A stretch of 64,000 nucleotides of DNA from an uncultured Verrucomicrobiae bacterium (GTDB lineage Bacteria; Chlamydiota; Chlamydiia; Chlamydiales; Rhabdochlamydiaceae): positions 1,120,001-1,184,000 of the forward strand of contig CAWDYW010000001.1 of assembly GCA_963806855.1 (NCBI GenBank), in the 5' to 3' direction. Within the stretch, counting starts at the first letter, position 1; every line of letters starts with the position of its first letter. Both the position numbers and the translations under genes were made by a program. Below are positions 27,123-37,017 of this stretch, one piece after another. A model generated the notes under the pieces. That model had not been told where the DNA came from. It saw only the letters and a list, made by a program, of their open reading frames with translations, and made no database searches.

Positions 27123-28558
27123 TTTCCCTCAGCTAATTTTTTGGCCAGGCTTTTAAAAATCAAAAGGTGAAAGGGCAAGAAAGCATACCAGTAGATTCTG
27201 CCCAAAACTCCACTGGGCCTAAATGTAGCCGTTTGATAAAGCGTACCGCCCCCTTGGGGATTGGGTTTGACCTCAAATTCAAGCCACCCTTCACCCGGCA
27301 ATTTCATCTCCGCATAGAGAAGGAGTCTTCCACGTTGCTCATCGGCAAGCAAAACGCGCCAAAAATCGAGGGCATCACCGGCTTTTAGATATGTCGGATT
27401 GGTTCTGCCGCGCCGAAGGCCGATCCCTCCGACCAGTTGATCGAGAAAGCCGCGGATCTTCCAAGCCCAATTCAGCGTGAGCCAGCCCTGCTCGCCTCCA
27501 AGCGACCAAATACGGCGGCGGACCTCTTGGGGATCGGCTGAAAAGGGGACAATTTGTTGGTCGCTCAGTGTCCCATGACGGGGAACATGAATATAGATCG
27601 ACAGATCGGGACTTAAGGGGGATCCGCTTAAACTATCCCTCCAGCTTGAGGGGATCCAGTCCTCCTCGATACGTGTGAACGCTTGGCGCACGGCTTCTTC
27701 AAAAGAAAGGAGCTTTCTGGGAAAGAGGGAGCGAATCCTTGTCTCTTTGCAAATGGCATTGTTTGTTAAGCTATCGACCAGCGCCCGGGCGAGGTTAAAG
27801 CTTGTGCTGGTGACAAAAAATAGCCACAGCGAGGAGAGGCGGGGGGTCAAGACCGGAACGGTGATAATCCACCTCTTCAATCCTCTGATTTTGGCAAATC
27901 TTAAGAGAAGTTCTTTGTAAGTGAGCAGATCGGGACCTCCAATCTCGAATGATTGATTTAAACAGTCAGAGCGGTTCAAAACTAAGAGGAGATAGCTCAG
28001 GACATCGATCAGTGCGATCGGTTGAGTGAGATTATTTAGCCATTTGGGAGCGATCATGACAGGGAGCTTCTCAACGAGATCGCGGATAATCTCAAAAGAT
28101 CCGCTGCCAGATCCAATGATGATTCCAGCCATCAAAATCGTGACAGGGCTCTTTCCTTTTTGCAGAATTTCGCCAACCCTTTTTCGGGAACTGAGATGGG
28201 GGGAGAGTTTGCCCTCATTGGAAAGACCGCTCAAATAGATAACCTGTTTGACCTGGGTTTGATCCATCCGCTCTATAAAATGACTGGCAGACATTTCTTC
28301 CAATCGAGCAAAATCTTTCGAATAGGTCATCGAATGGACAAGGTAATAGGCCGCATCGATCTGACTGGGGATTTTTTTCAAAGAATCGCGATCAAGAAGA
28401 TCTGCTTCAATAATATGAATACGAGACCGGTATTTTTCTGGAAGTTCGAGCCTCAGACGGCTTCTGACCAAAGCAAAAATCTCATGACCTTCTTCGGCCA
28501 GCAGAGGAAGAAGCCTTGTTCCAATATAGCCATTAGCACCTGTAAGAAGAATCTTCAT
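27119..28558 (-). CDS. YbjT-like NAD(P)-binding protein with DUF2867
   Basis: LLTGANGYIG, AAYYLVHSM, GD.LDFWRV, LLLYAEMKLPGEGWLEF, G..YWY..LPFH. Confidence 0.88.
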   Translation of the reverse strand: MKILLTGANGYIGTRLLPLLAEEGHEIFALVRSRLRLELPEKYRSRIHIIEADLLDRDSLKKIPSQIDAAYYLVHSMTYSKDFARLEEMSASHFIERMDQTQVKQVIYLSGLSNEGKLSPHLSSRKRVGEILQKGKSPVTILMAGIIIGSGSGSFEIIRDLVEKLPVMIAPKWLNNLTQPIALIDVLSYLLLVLNRSDCLNQSFEIGGPDLLTYKELLLRFAKIRGLKRWIITVPVLTPRLSSLWLFFVTSTSFNLARALVDSLTNNAICKETRIRSLFPRKLLSFEEAVRQAFTRIEEDWIPSSWRDSLSGSPLSPDLSIYIHVPRHGTLSDQQIVPFSADPQEVRRRIWSLGGEQGWLTLNWAWKIRGFLDQLVGGIGLRRGRTNPTYLKAGDALDFWRVLLADEQRGRLLLYAEMKLPGEGWLEFEVKPNPQGGGTLYQTATFRPSGVLGRIYWYAFLPFHLLIFKSLAKKLAEGN

Positions 28559-28609
28559 CTTACTCCAATTCTCTCTGAGAAAGGTATTGATGACAAGAAA
28601 CGAGAATGC

Positions 28610-29374
28610 CTACACTGCGCGAAAGATCATGGCTTGGGCCAGCTCTGCCAATCTGGGAGCGCCAAACGGCAGAGTCTCGATGATCTGCATAGCTTTATCG
28701 AAGAGTTCCTCTGCGATCTCTTCGGCATGCTTTACCCCGATGCGCTCGACCAGGCCGTCATTGTCTAAAATGTCGTCGACGATTTGGTAGGCAAGTCCTA
28801 GGTGCTGGCCGATGGTTTGGAAAGGGGTGAGATCGGTCTGGCCGGCGATGATCCCCCCAAACTCGCAGGCGGCGGTGATCAGGGCACCCGTTTTTTTGGC
28901 GTGCATTTGGAGAAAGTCGGTCGTGGTACCTTCGATGTCGAGGATTTGGCCGCCGATCATCCCTTGGCTGCCCGATTGGTGGGCGAGGCTGGCGATGAGG
29001 CGATTTTTTTGATGGTCGGTGAGGTGTGGGGCGCTGGCGAGCACTTCGAAGGCATAGGTGAGGAGGAAATCGCCAGTCAGGACGGCATGGCTTTCAGGGT
29101 AGGCGCGATGGAGGGAGGGCTTGCCGCGGCGGAAGTCGTCGTCATCCATGCAGGGGAGGTCATCGTGGATGAGGGAATAGGTATGGATCATTTCGAGGGC
29201 GCAGGCCGGGCGCAGGGCATGTTCGATAGGGTGGTTGAAGGCTTCGACGATCGCGAGAGTGAGCATGGGGCGGAGCCGTTTGCCCCCTTCGAGGCTATAG
29301 TGAGCAGCTTCAAAGAGGATCTCTCCCGTCTGAGGAATCAATTCGAGAAGGATGCGATCAATGTGTTCTTTCAT
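28610..29374 (-). CDS. ispA: Polyprenyl (farnesyl/geranylgeranyl) diphosphate synthase
   Basis: GGKRLRP, SLIHDDLPCMDDDDFRRG, GQILD, KTG, QIVDDILD. Confidence 0.92.
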   Translation of the reverse strand: MKEHIDRILLELIPQTGEILFEAAHYSLEGGKRLRPMLTLAIVEAFNHPIEHALRPACALEMIHTYSLIHDDLPCMDDDDFRRGKPSLHRAYPESHAVLTGDFLLTYAFEVLASAPHLTDHQKNRLIASLAHQSGSQGMIGGQILDIEGTTTDFLQMHAKKTGALITAACEFGGIIAGQTDLTPFQTIGQHLGLAYQIVDDILDNDGLVERIGVKHAEEIAEELFDKAMQIIETLPFGAPRLAELAQAMIFRAV

Positions 29375-30662
29375 AGATGGGTAATTGTTTTCCTATAGAG
29401 AAATAATCAAAGCCCCATTTTTCCATTTCGGTTGTATTGTATTGGTTGCGGCCATCAAAAAGGGTGCGGCAGAGGATTTTGCCAAAGTCGATGTGGCGGA
29501 ACTGCTGCCATTCGGTGACGAGGAGGATCGCGTCTGCTTGCTCGGCGGCTTCATATTCGGTTTTGCAAAATTGGACGGTTGGAGGCAAGAGCGCTTTGGC
29601 TTTGGTCATCGCCACTGGGTCAAACGCTTTCACATGGGCCCCCATTTCGAGGAGGCTTTGGATGAGGTAGAGGGCGGGGGCTTCGCGCAGATCGTCGGTG
29701 TCGGGTTTGAAGGATAGGCCCCAGATGGCGATAGTTTTGCCACGCAGATCGTCAAAGTATTCAACGACTTTAGAGAGAAAGTCTAGTCGTTGCCGCTCAT
29801 TGATCTCGAGGATAGCGTCGAAAAGGGAGCTTGGGTGAATAGAGCGGAGCGCTTTGACATCTTTGGGGAGGCACGAGCCGCCAAAGCCGATTCCGGGGTT
29901 GAGGTAGCGGTGGCCGATGCGGGGATCTGCTCCGATGGCGAGCTTAACCGATTCGATATCGGCTCCGAGCTTTTCACAGAGGCCGGCCAGCTCATTCATG
30001 TAGGAGATGCGCAGGGCGAGCATCCCATTGGCTGCATATTTGGAGAGCTCAGCCGAGGGGATATCCATCACTTGCAGCCGGTCGAGCTCTGCAGCGTAGA
30101 GCTCTTTCATCATCTGTTCTGCGCGGGGGGTGTCGACGCCGATGAGGATCCGGTCGGGATGCATGTAGTTTTTGACGGCGGTCCCTTCAGATAAAAATTC
30201 GGGATTGGAGACCACATCAAAAGGGATATCGACGCCACGCTGCGAGAGGGTTTCGGCGATGGTAGACCGCACTTTTTCAGCGGTACCGATCGGAACGGTC
30301 GATTTGTTGATGACGACGAGGTAGTCTTCCATCACCTCAGCGAGCTGTTTGGCTGCCTTGAGGACGTAGGAGATATTGCAGCTTTCGTCTGCATTGGAAG
30401 GTGTGGGGAGGGCGAGGAAGCAATACTTGGCGCCTTGGATCGCTTTTTGGTATTGATCGGTAAAGGTGAGGCGGCGACTTGCGATCCCTTTTTTGACTAG
30501 ATCTTCAAGACCGGGCTCGAAAAAGGGGACGCGGCCTGCTTTTAGAGAGTCAATTTTGTTTTGATCGATATCGAGGCAGGTGACGGTGCAGCCCATTTCG
30601 GCAAGGCAGGCTCCAGTCACCAAACCGACATAGCCGGTCCCGATGATAGTTATCTTTCTCAT
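29358..30662 (-). CDS. ugd: UDP-glucose 6-dehydrogenase
   Basis: IGTGYVGL, KSTVP.GT, SNPEFL, GFGGSCLPKD, GLSFKPDTDDLRE. Confidence 0.95.
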   Translation of the reverse strand: MRKITIIGTGYVGLVTGACLAEMGCTVTCLDIDQNKIDSLKAGRVPFFEPGLEDLVKKGIASRRLTFTDQYQKAIQGAKYCFLALPTPSNADESCNISYVLKAAKQLAEVMEDYLVVINKSTVPIGTAEKVRSTIAETLSQRGVDIPFDVVSNPEFLSEGTAVKNYMHPDRILIGVDTPRAEQMMKELYAAELDRLQVMDIPSAELSKYAANGMLALRISYMNELAGLCEKLGADIESVKLAIGADPRIGHRYLNPGIGFGGSCLPKDVKALRSIHPSSLFDAILEINERQRLDFLSKVVEYFDDLRGKTIAIWGLSFKPDTDDLREAPALYLIQSLLEMGAHVKAFDPVAMTKAKALLPPTVQFCKTEYEAAEQADAILLVTEWQQFRHIDFGKILCRTLFDGRNQYNTTEMEKWGFDYFSIGKQLPIYERTH

Positions 30663-31312
30663 GTATTGAAATTATAGAGCTGACCCTCATTTAAAAAAAG
30701 GATCCGATCGCATTTGCGTGCAAACTCTTCATCGTGAGTGACGAGAATTAAGGCTTTGCCGAGCTCTTTGACTTTGCTGAGGATCAGATTTTGGATCTCG
30801 AGCGAATAGCTCCGATCGAGATTGCCTGTTGGCTCGTCGGCAAGGAGCAGGTCGGGCTCACCTACTAAGGCCCGGACGATGGCGACCCGTTGCTTTTCCC
30901 CACCGGAGAGATATTTGGCCAGGAGCTCTTCTTTTCCTTCGAGGCCCACATCTTTCAGCAGTTTTTTGGCACGTTGGATGGTCTCTTTCGATTCATTGCG
31001 GGCAATTTTGAGCGGCATCAGCACATTGTCTAGGACGGTGAAATCTTCGAGCAGATGATAGGCTTGGAAAATAAAACCGATATGCCGATTGCGCAGAATC
31101 GCCTCATGTTTTTTTGGCACTTGTCCGCAGATTTTGAGCGTGCCCTTAGTTGGGGCGTCGAGTGTTCCCAAAATGTGGAGCAGCGTGCTTTTGCCCCCTC
31201 CCGATTTTCCCATGATCGCGATGGTCTCACCCGGCTTGACTTGCAGCGAGATGCCGCGGAGCACCTCGAGGGTATCAAATGACTTGTAGATCTCATCTGC
31301 TTCGAGGATCAT
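30659..31312 (-). CDS. lolD: Lipoprotein-releasing ABC ATPase
   Basis: [31 protein letters not shown]; downstream of lolC/E. Confidence 0.88.
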   Translation of the reverse strand: MILEADEIYKSFDTLEVLRGISLQVKPGETIAIMGKSGGGKSTLLHILGTLDAPTKGTLKICGQVPKKHEAILRNRHIGFIFQAYHLLEDFTVLDNVLMPLKIARNESKETIQRAKKLLKDVGLEGKEELLAKYLSGGEKQRVAIVRALVGEPDLLLADEPTGNLDRSYSLEIQNLILSKVKELGKALILVTHDEEFARKCDRILFLNEGQLYNFNT

Positions 31313-32855
31313 TCAGACCTCAAGGTTTCACAGGGGTTAAGACGAGCCGCTTTGATCGCAGGAAAAAGGCCGGCGACGAGGGCCAGGATCGGAGTGGCGA
31401 TGGCGGCGAAGAGGAGCGCGCGAGGGCTGATCTCGTGGGGCAGCGACTGACCGAAAAATTGGGCGTTAAAAGCCTCATGCCCTTGCAGCATGCTGAGGAA
31501 GGCGACCAGGTGGTCGATATTTCTTAACGTGATGAAGGCGAGGAAAAGTCCAAGGAGGCAACTGAAGAGGCCTAAAGATGCCCCGCTAAAGGCGAAGATG
31601 GCGGCGATACTGCTCCGCTTGGCACCCATGGCCCGCAGGATGCCGATCTCTTCTTTTTGTCGGAGACCAGTAGAACTAAAAGGGAGATAATGTTGGTGCA
31701 GGCGACAACCAGAATGATCATCCCGATGAGGGAGAAGAGGTATTTATCGCTCTCAAATTGCAGCATCAGATCTTTGGCAAATTCATATTCGCGGAAGGTC
31801 TGCACTTTCCAGTATTTCTCGAGCCCCTTTTCCTGGAGCTTTTGCAGAATGGCCGCTTTGATTTTCGGCGCATCTTTGAGATTGGGGAACCAGACGAAGA
31901 TGTTGTTGGCTTCCGAACGATCGAGCGTGAAGGCACTTTCCGAAGCGTTGATCGCGCGGGTGATTTTCGAGGGGACGAGGATACATTTGTTGCCAACGGC
32001 CATGATCCCTGGGTCGTAAAATCCGGCCACATAGATGGGGATATGGATCTCCTTCATGCCGGTGATCCCTGCGCTGGAATAGGCCAAATACCCCTTGTCG
32101 CCGATTCGCACCCCATTATCGCGGAAATTTTTGGCGATCAAAACCCCCGAATAGGAGTCTGCCTGGGGAAGCTGATTTTTCTGGGCAAAGGAGAGGGCCA
32201 GATTAAAGCGGTGCTTGAGGAAATTGAGGTTGTGGATGTCTTCGGCTCTCGGAGGGAGGATCAGCTCGGACAGGTGAGGATTTTTTTCAGGGAAGGAGGC
32301 GAGATAGGAGACATTGGTCAGCTGACTCTGCATCTCCATTAGCCCCTGATCTTGACGGACGAGCTCGAGCCGCAGCAAGGCCCCGCTAAGCTCGACATCT
32401 TGGAATGTGAGACCCTTTACGCTCGTTGTGAGCCCTTCTAGCACCCCGAGAGCCCCCTTAATCGGATCCCTGAGATTGCCAGTTTGGTCTAGATCAGGCT
32501 TGGCCAGGAGGGTTGGGAGCTCCTCGTCAGATTCGGGGTCGTAGGGGTTCGATAGGAGGCTGGCGGCCTTTTGCCCAATCGTTTTGGACATGTAGTGGGA
32601 GGCGGCGCTATACCGGTCGACGTTGTAATAATAGGAGGAAAAGTACTCTGGTGTTGGCTGCAGCCGCAGAGGGGCGTTGAGGGCGGTCAACTTATGGGTC
32701 CAGGTCCGCTCTAGCCCTTCGGTCACAGACAAAAAGACTACCACTAGCCAGACGACTAGAGTGATCACCGCCACAGATAAAAGAGCGATCAGAGAAACAG
32801 AAAGCTGTTTCCTCTGTGGGGTAAGATATTTTTTGATAAATGAAAATTCAAACAA
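31309..32855 (-). CDS. lolE: LolC/E-family ABC permease, split by one frameshift near 31652
   Basis: ORFs 31572..32882 and 31309..31629 join if one A is added (DKKKEIGILRAMG). Probable TTG start at 32855 just after the rpmG stop. Confidence 0.8.
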
Positions 32856-32856
32856 A

Positions 32857-33018
32857 TTACTTTGCTTCTTTGAAGGCGACATGGCGCTTCAAACTTTTAT
32901 CGTATTTTTTTAATTCTAGACGATCAGTTGTATTGCGCTTGTTCTTCATTGTCCAATAGACTTCGTTGCTTTCGCTGCTTTTCAACTTAATTTTTTCGCG
33001 GGCACCTTTCTTTGCCAT
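32857..33018 (-). CDS. rpmG: 50S ribosomal protein L33
   Basis: Not in ORF track. Manual translation MAKKGAREKIKLKSSESNEVYWTMKNKRNTTDRLELKKYDKSLKRHVAFKEAK; aggag RBS. Confidence 0.96.
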   Translation of the reverse strand: MAKKGAREKIKLKSSESNEVYWTMKNKRNTTDRLELKKYDKSLKRHVAFKEAK

Positions 33019-33083
33019 CGTAGACTCCTTAGAGATTTAGAATAAATCATATCGGAAGGGGGGATAAAGCTCAACTGATTTTA

Positions 33084-33220
33084 GAAAGACAATTTAAACG
33101 CAAAGACGCAGCGATAGTTATAAGGAGATTTAAACGCAAAGACGCCAAGGCGCAAAGATGCAAAAAATTATTTTTTTCTTTTTTTTGCGTCTTTGCGCCT
33201 TGGTGTCTTTGCGTTGAAAA
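33084..33220. repeat. ACGCAAAG-unit palindromic element, copy C, with an extra half-arm
   Basis: tttaaacgcaaagacgc appears twice (33093, 33129), then tttgcgtctttgcgccttggtgtctttgcgttgaaa. Confidence 0.9.
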
Positions 33221-33241
33221 CAGTTTAACTACAAGAGCCAG

Positions 33242-34591
33242 TTAAACAGTTTGGTGCCCTAAAAAGCGATAAATATCATTTCGGGCGGTCGTGTAAGCTG
33301 TCTGGGCCAAGTTAGAGGCGTTAGTTGCCACCGACGAGACGGTATTGAGGACCCAACCACCTGCTTGCGCGGCTAAACGGCCGATCGCAATGGCGACGTT
33401 GACCATAGGGGTCACCACATAGGTATTGCCAAGCTCAAGCAGATCGACCACTCGGTTCCCTGCCCATTGGAGTGCTATGCCAACTGGGTAGAAGCAATAG
33501 TCTTTTGCGAAATCCCAAACGGCGTTAGCTGCTTGCTCGAGGGGAGGGAGGAGAGTGTCTCGGGCAAAGACGAGCACGTCGATGACCCGGTTGACTGTCC
33601 AACTGAGGGCTGCTTTGATCGGCTCAAAGAAATAGGTCGTGGCAAGTTCAGCGACTTGTCTCATCAGATTGGCTAGTGGAGTGATGATGTAATCACGGGC
33701 GTTATTTCCAATCCACTGGACGAGATGCGCAATTGGAGTGAAGATGTAGTCCTGGATGTTGTTCCCAAGCCAAATGATTCCGTCTCGAACGATCTCAGTG
33801 ATCCTGCTTGCCAGATTGAAAAGAGGTTGGAGGATGTACTCGTTTGCAAGATGGATCACATCGATGATCCGATTGCCGACCCATTGCATTGCTTGGAAAA
33901 GAGGTTCAAAGAGATACTGCTTTGCTAATTCCAGGGCGCTGTGAGCGAGATTGGCTATCGGAGTCAGGATATAGTCACGGGTAAATTCTAATACGATGAC
34001 GATCTTATCCTTCGCCCAAAGTGCCACAGTCACGATTTTATCTTGCACCCAGAGTGCGGCAGTTGTGACAGCGGGGACGATGTATTGGCTGTAAACATAA
34101 CTGACTTTATCGACGATGGGTTGCACGACATGTTGGTGGACATAAGTGATCACTTCGACTGTTTTATGGCTAAGCCATTGAATCTTCTCGATACTTGGTT
34201 CAAGGACATAGGTGCGGAAGAGTCGTGCTGTTTCAGGAGCTCCAGTTGTGATGATCCAACGGGGAAGCTGATAACAGACCATATAGGTAGGGACGAGAAC
34301 GGTATAGGCTGTGTATTTCCCAGCAATAAAGAGTCCATTTCCGCCGATTTGCATATAGCTGCCTAAGCTCTGATATCCTTTGCTCATCAGGGCAACTCCG
34401 CCACTTTCCAGAGCATAGCCGGCAAGTGCCATGGTTCCTCCTGCGACAACAACTCCGCAGGCTATTTTCGCAGCAAAAATCGCATTTTCACGAGTGAATA
34501 GAGACGCGGCGAGCGACTTAACTGCACCTTTATTCTCTACAATCGGTGTTAGGATTGTTGGTGCGGCTGAAGTAACTCTTTCAATGCCCAT
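33242..34591 (-). CDS. Hypothetical membrane-associated protein with proline-punctuated amphipathic repeats
   Basis: N-terminal hydrophobic segments, then Y-hydrophobic-x-x-P motifs spaced mostly 19 or 26 aa. Confidence 0.7.
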   Translation of the reverse strand: MGIERVTSAAPTILTPIVENKGAVKSLAASLFTRENAIFAAKIACGVVVAGGTMALAGYALESGGVALMSKGYQSLGSYMQIGGNGLFIAGKYTAYTVLVPTYMVCYQLPRWIITTGAPETARLFRTYVLEPSIEKIQWLSHKTVEVITYVHQHVVQPIVDKVSYVYSQYIVPAVTTAALWVQDKIVTVALWAKDKIVIVLEFTRDYILTPIANLAHSALELAKQYLFEPLFQAMQWVGNRIIDVIHLANEYILQPLFNLASRITEIVRDGIIWLGNNIQDYIFTPIAHLVQWIGNNARDYIITPLANLMRQVAELATTYFFEPIKAALSWTVNRVIDVLVFARDTLLPPLEQAANAVWDFAKDYCFYPVGIALQWAGNRVVDLLELGNTYVVTPMVNVAIAIGRLAAQAGGWVLNTVSSVATNASNLAQTAYTTARNDIYRFLGHQTV

Positions 34592-34606
34592 CTGATTTTC
34601 TCCTTT

Positions 34607-35071
34607 TTATGCTCGATCTAATTCGGGAGCAGCAGTTTTTAGTTCTTCTTTTGAAATGACTGGTTCAACGGATTTTTGAGGGCTTTCGTCAAACAATAAA
34701 CCAAGTGCAAAGGATCCTAAACCTAAAACACAGTAGACTCTGAATTCTTTGAAGCTGGTTTGCGCATAACTGTAATCTATATCGATTTGCTGTCCAACAT
34801 AGTTAGCTGCGTAAACTGTTGCAACAATTGGTGTGATAATAAGGGCTATGTTTACAATCATCTCTGCTACAGAATATTGATTCTCTTTGTCTGATGGGGT
34901 AGGGGGGATCCACAAATAATTGGCAGCAGACCTAAGAGCAGCTCCACTGACTTTGGCTGCAAGTCCACCAAGCGCAGCGGCTTTAGGATCAGCCCAGCCA
35001 AAGAGGGCGCAGAGGCCAGCTGTGTAAGCTGAACCTTTTAAAGAATCAACTATGAAATCTGAATGAGCCAT
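34607..35071 (-). CDS. Hypothetical Inc-like membrane protein
   Basis: aggag RBS; three to four hydrophobic segments in 154 aa. Confidence 0.6.
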   Translation of the reverse strand: MAHSDFIVDSLKGSAYTAGLCALFGWADPKAAALGGLAAKVSGAALRSAANYLWIPPTPSDKENQYSVAEMIVNIALIITPIVATVYAANYVGQQIDIDYSYAQTSFKEFRVYCVLGLGSFALGLLFDESPQKSVEPVISKEELKTAAPELDRA

Positions 35072-35160
35072 GGAATTTCTCCTTTTTGATTAAGATTCCA
35101 ATTATTTTACACGATTTTCACATTCCTGAACAAGCCCAAAGATTGTTGACTAATAAAAAT

Positions 35161-36552
35161 TTAATTCGATAGATTTTCCAATTCTATATTCTGGTCCAGC
35201 TCTTTCCATTTTTCTCTTGACGCCCGGATGAGGAAGGCAGCTCCAAAAATCAGCGAATCGCAGGCCATGATCAGCCACAATTTGTCGGGGCCCCAATTGA
35301 AGACGTTCATGGCGAGATAGGCGGGCAGGTAGGAGGTGAGCCAAACAAACATGATCGTGAACATGTAGAAGGTGACATCGCGGGCGGCGGTCACGAGGCT
35401 TAAGGCTACCGCATTGAAGCCATAGCAGAAGAAAAAGAACCAGATCCAGATGCAGGCCCGTTTCAGGATGACCAGGGAAGCGGGAGCTGGGGGTGTCTGG
35501 AAGAAAAAGGAGAGGGTAAATTCGGGGAAAAATAGCAGGGGGATCGAGAGGAGGGCGGTGGTGCTGAGTAGAAGGGTCAGTCCAGAGCGGACCAGTTTCC
35601 ACATGGAGGGGTAATCTTTGGCACCCAGAATATTGGAGGCGATGGTGATCATCCCTTGCAGCATCCCATCATTGATAAAGGTGAAGAAAAGGATGAGGGT
35701 TCCACCGATCGATAAGACCATCAGGTGGTCGCCTCCCTTTAGGGTCATGATGCGGGAGGTTGAAACCCAGGCGGTCAAGATGATGATACGGGCGATTGCG
35801 CGGGGAAGGCCGATGCGCAGCTGCCCCCAGAAATTCTCCCAGTCGAATTTGTATTGATTGGTTCCAAAGGTTTTTCGCTCTTTTCTGCGGAGGAAGAGGA
35901 TGAAAAGAATAATGCAGAAGACCCCTTGAGCGATCCCCGTCGCTAAAGCGGCGCCAAATACTCCCATTGGGGGTAGCACTCCCTCGATGCCGAATATGAA
36001 GAAATAATCGAGGACGATATTGACGCTATAGGCGATGAGGGTGGTTAGGAAGATGACCCCCGTTCTCCCTTGGCCGATGAAGTAGGAGGAGATCGCTGTC
36101 CCAAGAGGAAAGAGGAAATTGATCGCCATCATCGTCGAGAAGTAGGTGTTGGCGGGGTCGCGGACGGTAGTTCCCTCAAAGAAGAAGGGGGCGACAAATT
36201 GGCTCGAGGGTAGCGTGACGAGCATGGAGAGGATTGAGAGCCAAATCATTTGCCAGACAGAGGCGCCAATTTGATCGGTCTGATTCGATCCATACTGGAG
36301 GCCGACAAAAACCTGTGCCATCGAGGCAATCCGGATGATCGGGTGTTGAAATAGCATGCAGAGATAAAATGCGCTCACTGTTCCCTGCAGCGCTTCAAGG
36401 GAATAATGGGCGAGAAAGAGCCGATCGCAAAAATTCATGAAACTGGCAGAGAACAAGCTAAAGATGAGGGGAACGCAAAGGAAGAGGAGCTCGCGAAAAC
36501 TCGCTTTGGGGAACCGCGTGAGCGGCCGGTGATTCAGATTGACATCTTCCAT
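35161..36552 (-). CDS. MATE-family efflux transporter
   Basis: 12 TM; DRLFLAH, GQGRT, NIVLDYFFIFG....MGVFGAALAT. Confidence 0.9.
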   Translation of the reverse strand: MEDVNLNHRPLTRFPKASFRELLFLCVPLIFSLFSASFMNFCDRLFLAHYSLEALQGTVSAFYLCMLFQHPIIRIASMAQVFVGLQYGSNQTDQIGASVWQMIWLSILSMLVTLPSSQFVAPFFFEGTTVRDPANTYFSTMMAINFLFPLGTAISSYFIGQGRTGVIFLTTLIAYSVNIVLDYFFIFGIEGVLPPMGVFGAALATGIAQGVFCIILFILFLRRKERKTFGTNQYKFDWENFWGQLRIGLPRAIARIIILTAWVSTSRIMTLKGGDHLMVLSIGGTLILFFTFINDGMLQGMITIASNILGAKDYPSMWKLVRSGLTLLLSTTALLSIPLLFFPEFTLSFFFQTPPAPASLVILKRACIWIWFFFFCYGFNAVALSLVTAARDVTFYMFTIMFVWLTSYLPAYLAMNVFNWGPDKLWLIMACDSLIFGAAFLIRASREKWKELDQNIELENLSN

Positions 36553-36687
36553 AGGGGTGCTCTATCAGTTTTGTAATGAGCAGTTAAGAACCATACAGAA
36601 AAGATTAATTCTTCACAAATTTTTTAAGGAGGTAAAAAATTATTTTAACTAAATTAGACAGATCAGGTATGAGCCAATTAGAGGTGG

Positions 36688-37017
36688 ATGATGAAAAAGT
36701 GGCTTATCCTTTTAGCGGTTCCTGCGATGGCGATTTGTAATCAGGGGGAATTTTTGATTGATGTGGAGCAAGAGAATGTTCTAACGAATCTGGCGCTCGA
36801 TCCATTTGCGGAAGATTTTGCCTCTCAAGAGCTTACAATTTTTGAGCTCGATGAAAAAGATGTCTGTATGACTTTTTGGTCTGATGAAATCCTCGCCAAA
36901 GATCTAAACGATAATTTCAGCTTTGAAGATCCCTTGAGCGGCGATTTTGTCCCCAGCCCCGAGCATGTTCCTTCGCCTCAGAGCTGCACTTTCGATATTA
37001 AAAACCTGCAGCCCTAA
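36688..37017 (+). CDS. Small acidic exported hypothetical protein
   Basis: gaggtgg RBS; signal-peptide-like MKKWLILLAVPAMA. Confidence 0.55.
   Translation: MMKKWLILLAVPAMAICNQGEFLIDVEQENVLTNLALDPFAEDFASQELTIFELDEKDVCMTFWSDEILAKDLNDNFSFEDPLSGDFVPSPEHVPSPQSCTFDIKNLQP

Noticed and set aside
33242..34591. Phage tape-measure protein or prophage
   Set aside because: No phage structural, integrase or lysis genes nearby; the context is membrane proteins and housekeeping genes.
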